Shown: in pieces, positions 43,101 to 52,839 of the stretch
Layout: every line of letters begins with the position of its first letter
How positions within the stretch are numbered: the stretch's first letter is position 1
Assembly (NCBI GenBank): GCA_937872175.1
Contig: CALMPI010000009.1
Location: forward strand, 198,343-262,342
Reading direction: 5' to 3'
DNA: 64,000 bases
DNA from: an uncultured Flavobacteriales bacterium
GTDB taxonomy: Bacteria; Bacteroidota; Bacteroidia; Flavobacteriales_F; PHOS-HE28
Notes under the pieces: generated by a model
Told to the model about the DNA's origin: nothing
Database searches by the model: none
Seen by the model: the letters and a program-made list of their open reading frames with translations, nothing else
Position numbers and translations under genes: made by a program

Positions 43101-46100
43101 GGAGCTGGTGCTGTGAGCGTGACGTTCTCCTGCGCGGTGCAGCCCGCGATGTCGGTCACCTGGATCGCGTACGTGCCGGCCGCCAATCCCGTGGGGTCCT
43201 GCATGGAGGCGCTGAATCCGTTCGGACCGCTCCAGCTCACCGTGTACGGGGCCAGTCCTCCTGCGATGGTGGCATCGATGGAGCCGGTGGTCGCGCCGTC
43301 ACAGCTGGTGTTGGCGCCGCCGGGCCAGACACTGGCCAGCAGGCCTACGTTGAGCGGAGCAGGGGCCACGAGCGAGTATTGCTCGAGGTGGCTGCATCCG
43401 TTGACGTCGGTGATGATCACGAAGTAGTTGCCCGCAGGGACACCCATGATGTCCTCATCGTTGCTGGCGTATCCGTTCGGGCCTGTCCAGCTGTACTGGT
43501 AGCCGGGCGTGCCTCCGGTCACCCCGATGTCAAGGGATCCGTTCGAGGCACCTGCACAGCTCACCTGGTAGCCGCCCGGGTAGCCGCTCATCAACGAGCT
43601 CACCACGAACATGCCGGGTTCCTGCACGTTCACAGGCTGCGTCAACGTGCAGCCGTTCGCGTCGGTGATGGTGGCGACGTACACGCCGGCGTGCACGTTG
43701 GCGATGTCCTCGCTCGACGCACTGAAACCGTTCGGACCGCTCCAGCTGAAGGTCATGGGGGCGATGCCGCCGGCCGGGGTGAGGTCGATGGAGCCATCGG
43801 CGTTGCCCTGGCAGAGCGCGTCCTGTACCTGCTGCGTGGTGGTGAGGGCCGCCGGCTCGTCAAGCAGGAAGCTCGCCGATGCGGTGCATCCGTTGGCATC
43901 GAGCACGCTCACGGTGTATGTGCCTGCGGACAGACCGGAAGGGTCTTCCGCGGTGGCGACGAACGCGTTGGGGCCCGTCCATTGAAAGGTCGCGCCCCCG
44001 GCGCCACCATTGATGTCAAGGTCGATGCTGCCATCGGATCCGCCCGCGCAGGAGATCGCCGTGCCCCCCAGTGTGCTGCCGGGTGTGCCCGTGAGCACAA
44101 GCGCATCCGGTTCGGTGAGCGTGGCGCTGGCGTTCGCCACACAGCCGTTCGCGTCGACCACGGTGGCCGTGTAGGTCCCCGCCATCAGGTTGCTGAGGTC
44201 ACTGCCCGTGGCCGTGAAGCCGTTCGGGCCGCTCCAGGAGACGGACAAGGGAGCGCTGCCTCCGGAGAGGCTCAGGTCGATGGAGCCGTCGTTCGCGCCA
44301 TGGCAGGATACGGCATCACCGCTGGCGGTCTGGCTTAGCGCGAGGGTGGAGGTGATCGCTGCCGGTTCTTCGAGGACGACGGTCGCCATGTCGGTGCATC
44401 CGTTCGCGTCCGTCACGGTCAGGGTGTAGGTGCCCGCCGTCAGACCGGAGATGTCGTCGCTGCCGGACGTGTATCCGTTCGGTCCGGACCAGGCGTAGGA
44501 GAACGGCGCGGTGCCACCGAAGACCGTCGCATCGATGGCGCCGTCCGATCCGCCTACACAGCTGATCTCGCTGCCGTTGTGTTTGGGAGCGATGACCACC
44601 ACGTTGATCGTGGCCGGTGCGCTCAGGGTCCAGGCCTCTGCTGTGGAGCAGCCGTTCGCGTCGGTCACGGTCACGGTGTATGAGCCTGCGGCGAGGTTCG
44701 TCAGGTCCTCGTCCGTGCTCGTGAAGCCGTTGGGTCCGGACCAGGCGAAGGTGTAGGGCGCCGTCGCACCCGATACGCTGAGGGCGATGCTTCCGTCGGT
44801 GGCACCCGCGCAGCTTACACCGGAACCGTTGAGGTCGCTCAGGATGGCGGTGATGGTGAAGAGACCGGGCTGCATCACGCTGTAGGTGCGCTGGATGCTG
44901 CATCCGTTCGCATCGGTCACGAGCACGGTGTACGCACCGGCCGCCAGCCCGCTCAGATCGGCGGTGGTGGCGCTGAAGCCGTTGGGCCCGGACCAGCTCA
45001 TCAGATAGGGCGCGGTGCCCCCGGTCACGTTCAGGTCGATGGCGCCATCCGCTGCGCCCTGACAGGCGGCGGGGCTGATGCCGGCCGTGGCATCCAGCGC
45101 CGCAGGCTCGGTGAGGGTGAAACCCGCGGTCGTGGTGCAGCCGTTGCCGTCGCTCACCATCAGGGTGTAGGCACCGGCGCTCAGGCCCGTCACATCCTCA
45201 AGTCCGGTCTGGTTGCCCCACTGGTCCGACCAGAAGTAGTTGTACGGCCATGTACCACCGCTCACCGTTACATCGATCGCTCCATCGTCGCCGCCGTTGC
45301 AGGAGACGTTCGTTCCGGAGTGGTCGCTCAGCAGTCCGGTGATCGCGAGCGGTGAGGCCGGTTGCGTGATGGTGACCGGCATCTGCTTCGGGATCGCACA
45401 TCCGTTGTTGTCCACGACCGTGGCGGTCCAGGTCCCGGCGGCAAGGCCGGTCGCAAGGGCTCCGGTCTGCACCGGATTGGTGTTCCAGGTGATGCTGAAG
45501 TTCCCGCTGCCGCCCGTCACCTCGATCTCTGCGAAGCCATCGCTGCCGCCATGGCAGCTCACCATACCGAGGTTCTCCACGTAGGGCACGATGGTGGCGG
45601 CGGGCTGTGTGATCGTCACCACGGTGCCGGTACTGCAACCGTTCGCATCCTGCACGCTGGCGGTGTAGCTGCCGGCGATGAGGTTGGATGCGGTGCCGCC
45701 CGTCTGCACGGGTGTCGAGTTCCATGTGATGGAGTACGGCGCCGTGCCACCTGCGGCGATCACCGTGGCGGTACCGGTATTGGCCCCATGGCAAAGGACG
45801 TCCGTCACCGTGGATGCCGTGAGCGAAAGGGGGGCCGCAGGTCCGCCGATGGTCACGGTGGTGGATGCCGTGCATCCGTTGGCGTCCGTCGCGGTCGCCG
45901 TCCAGGTCCCTTGTGCGAGTCCGTTCGCCGTGGCACCGAACTGGATCGGCGTGGTGTTCCACGCATACGTGTAAGGCGCGGTTCCGCCCGTGGCGTTCAC
46001 CGTGGCCTGACCGTTGGCGCTGCCGAAGCAGCTCTGGTCCGTCATGGATATGGTGGTGAGCCCAAGGGCGACGGCCGGCGCGGTCACCACGGCCTGAGCG

Positions 46101-49100
46101 GTGGCGGTGCATCCGTTGGCGTCCGTGGCGGTCACCACGTAGGTCCCTGGGCCCACGTTCTCCAGGGTCGCCCCGGTCTGCACGGGGACGCTGTTCCAGC
46201 TGTAGCTCACGCCGCCCGTGCCACCGGTGGCGGCGGCCTCTGCCGCGCCATCGGTCAGTCCGAAGCAGCTCGCTCCGTCCAGGTGGATGATCGATGTCGC
46301 CAACGCGGTGGCCGGTGCATGGATGGTGGCACTGACCAGTGCGGTGCAGCCGTTGTCGTCGATCACCGTGCACAGGTAGGTGCCGGCAGCGAGCCCCGTG
46401 GCCTGTGGTGTGTGCTGCGCGGGCGTCGTGTTCCAGGCGTAGGAGTATGGCGCGGTGCCCAGAGTGGCGGCCACCTCCGCCGCGCCGGTGGCCTGGCCGA
46501 AGCAGCCCACATCGGTGGTGGAGATGAGAGCGGCCGTGAGGGTTCCCGCCGGTGCACCGATCGTCGCGTCCACCGTCGTGATGCACCCGTTCGCGTCCGT
46601 GACGGTACAGGTCCACGTGCCGGCGGACAGGTCGGTCGCCGTGGCGCCGGTCTGCACCGGGGTGGTGTTCCAGCTGGTCGCATAAGGGGCGGTGCCCCCG
46701 CTGACGTTCACGGTGGCGCTTCCGGTGTTGCCGGCGCAGGCCACGTCCGTGGTGCTGCCGATCACTGCGGTGAGGGAGGCGGCAGGCTGTGTCATCGGAA
46801 CGCTGGCGGTCGCGATGCATCCGTTGGCATCGGTCACCGTGCAGGTCCACACGCCAGCGGAAAGCCCGGTGGCCGTGGCCGAGAGTTGTGCAGGCACGGT
46901 ATTCCAGCTGTACGAATAGGGCGCGGTCCCACCGGTGGCGTTCACCACGGCGGAGCCGTCGTTGCCGCCATGGCAGGCCACCGCATCGAGCAGGGTGGCG
47001 GTGGCGTTCAGCGCAAGCGCCGGTTCACCGATCGTGACGCTCACCGCCGTGGAACAACCATGGTCATCGGTCACCGTGCACGTCCAGGTGCCGGCGCCGA
47101 GCCCGGTCGCCGTGGCGCCGCTCTGAACAGGCACCGTGTTCCAGGTGTAGGTGTACGGAGCGGTCCCGCCCGTGGCGTTCACGGTGGCGCTTCCGTTGCC
47201 GGCTCCCAGGCAGCCGGCATCGGTCTGGCTGTCGATCGTCGCGCTCAACGCGGCGGCCGGCTCTCCGATCGAGGCGATGGCCTGGGCGGCGCATCCGTTC
47301 GCATCCGTCACCGTCACGGTCCAGTTGCCGGCCGCAAGACCGGCAGCGCTCGCGGAGAGCTGTGCCGGTGCGGTGTTCCAGGCGAACTGATGAGGGCCCA
47401 CACCGCCGGTGACCGTGGCCGTGGCCGCGCCGGTGGCTCCGCCATGGCAGAGGGCATCGGCGGTGGAGGACACGGACGGAACGAGCGCCGCAGGTTCGGT
47501 GAGCACCACCGCGGCGTTCGCCTGGCATCCGTTGGCATCCGACACGGTCAGGGCGTACGCTCCGGCTGCAAGTCCACCGATGTCCGGCGTGTTCGCGGTG
47601 AAGCCGTTCGGTCCGGTCCACAGCACGCCGATCGGGGCCACGCCGCCCAGGATGGTGGCATCGACGCTGCCATCCATGGCGGCGAAGCAGGACACTCCGA
47701 AGCCATTGCCCAGATCGGCCGCCACAAGCTGGATCTGCACCGCCGGGGGTGGGCTGAGCGTGAAGGTCTCCGCCGTGGCGCAACCATTGTCGTCCGTGAC
47801 GGTGAAGGTGTATGTGCCCGTGCTGAGCCCACTGATGTCCTCGGCCGTGCTCGTGAACCCGTTCGGTCCCGTCCATGCGAAGGTGTATGGCGGTGTGGCG
47901 CCGCTGACGGTCATGGCGATGCTGCCATCCGCCGCTCCGGGGCAGCTCACATGCGCACCGCCGGGATAGGTGGTCGCCGCTCCGTTCACACTGAAGAGCC
48001 CGGGTTGGTTCACGTTCCAGCTGCTGGTCCCCACGCAGCCATTGGCGTCGGTGACGGTGAGCTGGTAAACACCTGCGGCAAGGCCGCTGATGTCGGCCGT
48101 CGCGGCGGTGAAGCCGCCAGGACCGGTCCAGTCATGCGTGTAGGGAGCGGTGCCACCGGTGGTGGTGATGTCCACGGCGCCGTTGTTCGCGCCCTGACAA
48201 GCGGCCGCGGTGATCGTAGCCGTGGTGCCGAGGGCGGCCGCTGGTTGACCCACGGTCCCCTGGGCGCTGCTCACGCAGCCCTGCGCATCGGTCACCGTGC
48301 ACGTCCAGGTGCCGCTGGCGAGGCTCGTGGCCGTGGTGCCCGACTGCACGGGATTCGTGTTCCAGCTGTACGAATAGGGCGTCGTTCCACCGGTCGCGCT
48401 GACCGTGGCCGTGCCGGTGGCATCGCCGAAGCATGCGGCCGGCGTGGTGAGGTCGATGGCGGCGGCGAGGGCAGCGGCGGGCTGGGTGATGGTCACCGGA
48501 CCGACGGCCGTGCATCCGTTCGCATCGGTCACCGTGCATGACCAGGTGCCCGCGGGCAGGTTGTTCGCCGTCGCTGCCTGCTGCGCCGGGCTCGTGTTCC
48601 ATGCATAGGCGTATGGCCCGGTGCCCCCGGATGCGCCGACCGTGGCGCTGCCATTGGAGCCGCCGAAGCAGCTCACGGGCATGCTCGTCGTCGTGTTCAC
48701 GGACACCGGAGCGGCGGGTTGTCCCACGGTCGCGCTTACGGTCGTGGTGCATCCATGCGCATCGATCACCGTGCAGGTCCAGGTGCCTGCGCTGAGGCCC
48801 GATGCGGTGGCGGTGTTCTGCGTCGGGCTCGTGTTCCACTGAAAGGTGTAAGGTGCTGTTCCCCCGCTGGCTCCGGCCGTGGCGCTGCCCGTCGCACCAC
48901 CATGGCACGTCACCGCGGTTTGCGCGGTGATGGAAGCGTTCAGTTGAGCGGGTTCGGAAACGGTCCAGCTGGCGGAGAACGAACAGCCGTTGGCATCGCT
49001 GAGCACCAGGGTGTACGCGCCGGCGGCGAGTCCGGTCAGGTCCTCCGCAGTGCTGGCGAACCCGTTCGGTCCGCTCCATGCGTAGCCGTATGCGCCGGTG

Positions 49101-52100
49101 CCCCCTGAAGCATCGATCGCGATCGCGCCCGAGGCGTCACTGCGACAGGTGAGGTCGGTCACGGTCGCCGTGGCGCTCAAGGCGGTGGGCTGACCCAGGA
49201 TCCAGTTCGCGTTCGCCGTGCAGCCATGAGCGTCGGTGACGGTCACCGCGTAGGTGCCGGCGATCAGGCCACCGGCAAGGTCGGCGCTGGTGCTGCTGAA
49301 ACCGCCCGGACCGGTCCACGCGTAGCTCATCGGTGCCGTGCCACCGCTGACGGTGAGGTCGATGCTGCCCGTGGTGCCACCGGCACAGCCGGGCGCGACC
49401 GTGCTCGCGCTCAGGGCGAGCGCCGCGGTCGGCCCTCCGATGGTGGCGTTCACCGTCGCGGCGAGCGGACATCCGTTCTGATCGCTGATGGTGGCCGTGT
49501 AGGTGCCGGCCGCCAGGCCGGTCGCCATGAGGCCGTTCTGCGGTGGGACCGTGCTCCAGTTCACCGCATAGCTCCCGCTACCCCCGGTGACGCTCAGCAC
49601 CGCGGTGCCCTCGAGGTCGCCGAAGCAGTCCTCCGGAGTGGTGCTGAGCAGATCCGCCTGCAGCGGTGCGGCCGGTTGTGTGATGGTGACCTGCGCCGTG
49701 GTCGTGCATCCGTTGGCATCGGTCACCGTGCAGGTCCAGGTGCCTGCGGCGAGGTCGCTTGCGGAAGCCGTGCTCTGCACGGGGCTCGTGTTCCAGGAAT
49801 AGGTGTACGGGCCGGTTCCGCCGGAAGCGCTCACGGTGGCACTGCCCGTGCTCGCACCATGGCAGAGCACGGGTGTGCTCGTCGCGATGACGGCAGTGAG
49901 CGCGGTGGCCGGTTCGCCGATGGTCACGTTCACGGCGGTGGTGCACAGGTTCACATCGGTCACCGTGCAGGTCCATGTCCCGGCCGGCAGGTTGAGGGCG
50001 GTGGCACCGTTCTGGGCCGGTGTGCTGTTCCAGCTGTAGGCATAGGGTCCCGTGCCTCCGGAGGCGGCCACCGTGGCGCTGCCGCTGGTGTTGCCGTGGC
50101 AGAGCACATCGGTGTGCATGTGCTCCGTGGCGCTCAAGGCGGCTGCCGGCTGGTTGATGGTCACGCTGTGCTGGGCGGTGCAGCCGTTGCCGTCGGTCAC
50201 CGTGGCGGTCCATGTGCCGGCCGGTAGGTTGATGGCCGTGGCACCGCTCTGCGCCGGAACCGTGTTCCAGGCGATCGCGTGCGGTGGTGTGCCACCGCTG
50301 ACCGCCACGGTGGCGCTGCCTGTGCTGGCGCCGAAGCAGCGCACATGGGTCACCATGTTCGTGGTGATGGTGATCGGGCTGGTGGGACCACCGATGCTGG
50401 CGGTCGCCGAACCGGTGCACCCGTAGCCGTCGCTCACCGTCACCGTCCAGGTCCCGGGGGTGAGCGCGGTGGCCGTGGCGGCGGATTGAGGGGGCGTGGT
50501 GTTCCACGCGTAGCTGTAGGGCGGGATGCCGCCGACCGCAGAGGCCGTCGCGCTGCCCGAACCATCGCCGGAACAGACCACGGCCGTGGTCTGGGCGATG
50601 GAGGCCACCACGGGGGTCGCTTCCACGAGGGTCACGTTGGAAGAAGCTGTGCAGCCGTTCGCATCGGAGACGTTCAGGGTGTACGTGCCGGCCATCAGTC
50701 CGGAGAGATCGGCCGATGTGCTGGTGAAGCCGTTCGGCCCGGACCAGCTTGGCGCGTAGGGTCCGGTGCCGCCGGTGATCGTGGCATCGATGGCCCCGTC
50801 GCTTCCGCCATGGCAGCTGATGTTCTGCCCGAAGGCGAGCACGGCCGGTTCAAGGTCCACCACCAGGATCCCGGGCTCCAGCACGGTGAAGCTCTGGGTG
50901 CGCGTGCACGCGTCATCCGTCACCGTCACGGTGTATGTGCCCGCAGAGAGGCCGGTGAGGTCCTGCGTGCTGGCGGTGTAGCCGTTCGGGCCGACCCAGC
51001 TGTAGGTGTACGGGGCCACACCACCGGTGGTGCTCAGGTTGATGGCACCGTTCGACTGGCCGTTGCAAAGCGGCGCGGTGATCACGGCGCTCAGCGCGAG
51101 GTTGCTCACGCGCACCTGCCGGCCCACGCTGCGGGTGCAACTGCCATCCGAGATGGTCACCACATAGGTGGTGGTGCTGGTGGGCGAGGCCGCGGGGTTC
51201 GGACAGTTCGTGCAGCTGAGGCCGGTGGTGGGGCTCCAGCTGTAGGCGCTTCCACCGGTGACCTGCAGCGGCCAGGAGCCGCCCGCGCAGATGGTCCCAC
51301 CGGGCGAGACGGTCGCGAACAAGGTGTCGAGCAACGGGAAGCTCAGCGAGTCGAGGTTCTGCGCCGGGCAGAAGGGATTGCCCAGGATGAAGAGCAGTTC
51401 CTCGGTGTTCTCGTTGAGGCCATCGATCAGGGGGCTCACCGCACGGTCCACGTACGTCTGGTTCGCGGGGATCACGATGGACTTCGGAAGCAGGGGGTTC
51501 ACGGGCGGGATGGCCGTGTAGTCCGCGCCGTTGGTGGCGCTGCCCTGGATATAGTACTGGATGCTGAGCGGCGTGGGTTGTGCGAAGGGACGTTCGAAGC
51601 GCACCCAACCCGGGTTGCAGCCCTCGACGAGCTCTGGGGTGCCATTGGCCGTGAAGGCCTGCATGGTCACGTTGTTGCTCTCGATCTTCTCGATGAAGAC
51701 ACCGGAGTCGTATTTGCGGTCCGACGCGTCGGCGATGATGAGCTTCAGGTGGTAGGTCTGGCACGGGGTCACCGCACTGCGCGCCACCAGGTCCTGTGTG
51801 AAGCCGTCGTATTGAATGGTGGCGCCACCGGCATTGTCGAAGTAGTGGGCGGAGTTGCTGCCGTTGTTGACGGTGTTGATCGTCACCGGTTGGTTGCCGC
51901 CGGGGATGAGCGCGATGTTCTTCTCACTGCCCGCATTGGGGTCGCCCACGATGCCGGGACCGCTGATGTAGAACCCGAACACATCGTTGTACTGGGATCC
52001 CACCCACTCATTGTACTCCTCGCTGGCGAACACGAAGTTGAACGAGAGGCTGTCCCCGGTGGGGATGATGTCGAACTCGAACTTGCACGCGTCCATCGTG

Positions 52101-52465
52101 GTGCGCCCGGTGACGGCGTTGAGCACGGGGTCGCCCGGTGTCCCTTGGGCGAACCAGTTGCCGCCGCCACCATTGTTGTTTGGACCGATGGCATCGGTGA
52201 TGCGCCCTGTGGTGAGGATCACGCCCTCCTCGGCGGAGAGCGCGCTCCCGCTGTAGCTGAACTCGCCGTAACCCAGGCCATGGCAGGTGATCACCGGGTT
52301 GCTGATGGTGACACCGGGACCGGTGATGCTGGCCGCGAGCTGCTGCAGATCGGTCTGCGCGTTCACCACCAGCTGGGCGTTCGCGGACGGGGTGATGACG
52401 CACAGTGCCGCGACGACGAGCGTCGCGGCGGCGGAACGGCGGCGATCGTGGCGCATCGTGCTCAT
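40124..52465 (-). CDS. Giant cell-surface adhesin (4113 aa), SprB-like: signal peptide, N-terminal choice-of-anchor-L-like domain, about 40 tandem SprB-type repeats, and a C-terminal gliding-motility-associated type-B T9SS sorting domain
   Basis: The N-terminus is [31 protein letters not shown]. The repeats have the form …C.G..[ND]G.[IA].[LV]..[ST]GG..PY.[YF].W.GP.G[FY]…GL.AG.Y.[LV].V.D.NGC…. The C-terminus [36 protein letters not shown]…[20 protein letters not shown] is a CHU_C/type-B CTD. Confidence 0.93.
   Translation of the reverse strand: [4113 protein letters not shown]
40408..51058 (-). repeat. In-frame tandem array of about 40 degenerate SprB-type repeats, each about 250-270 nt (about 85 aa), inside the giant adhesin gene; this is coding sequence, not CRISPR
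   Basis: The TGG[ST]xPY / GPNGF / NGC motifs recur at regular ~85-aa spacing through the protein. At the DNA level the copies have diverged and the spacers are not unique, so this is not CRISPR-like. Confidence 0.8.
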
Positions 52466-52839
52466 TGGTTGCGGGCGTTGGCGCAGCGGGCTTCGACCTG
52501 CTGCTGGGTCAGCGTCTCTTCATGGATGCGGGCGCTGGTCACTGTGCGCGCAATGCTCGCGGCGGCGGCGCTGCGCGGATCGATCCCGCTCTGCGGGTCC
52601 ACTGGAGCGAGCACCAGCAGACCGGCAGGTACACAGGCGTAGGCCAGCTTGACGCCGGTACCGTTCTGTAGGTCCTGGGCAAGCGCATCACGTTCTTGTA
52701 CCGTGAGGCCGTCCACGCGCAGCGCCAGGGTCGTTGCCGGGTTGGACTGTGCCTGCGATCCGATGGCGCTGGTCAGCAGAAGGATGCTGAGCGTCAGGCC
52801 TTTGAAGAAGGCGTTCCGTTCCATGGTCCGTTCATTCAC
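52462..52839 (-). CDS. Small secreted hypothetical protein (~120 aa) translationally coupled to the giant adhesin gene (4-nt ATGA overlap)
   Basis: Signal peptide MERNAFFKGLTLSILLLTSAIGSQAQ. The stop codon overlaps the adhesin start. There is a single Cys pair and no recognisable family. Confidence 0.55.
   Translation of the reverse strand: MNERTMERNAFFKGLTLSILLLTSAIGSQAQSNPATTLALRVDGLTVQERDALAQDLQNGTGVKLAYACVPAGLLVLAPVDPQSGIDPRSAAAASIARTVTSARIHEETLTQQQVEARCANARNQ

Noticed and set aside
40408-51058. Possible CRISPR array suggested by regular ~260-nt periodicity
   Set aside because: The periodicity comes from in-frame protein repeats (SprB-type). The copies have diverged, there are no short identical direct repeats with unique spacers, and no cas genes are present.
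40097-52642. Chain of long plus-strand ORFs (548, 839, 1059, 787 aa) antisense to the giant adhesin gene
   Set aside because: The repetitive GC-rich adhesin coding sequence leaves the antisense frames open. The translations are Ala/Gly/Val/Arg-rich and domain-free. The minus-strand product has coherent signal peptide, repeat and CTD architecture.
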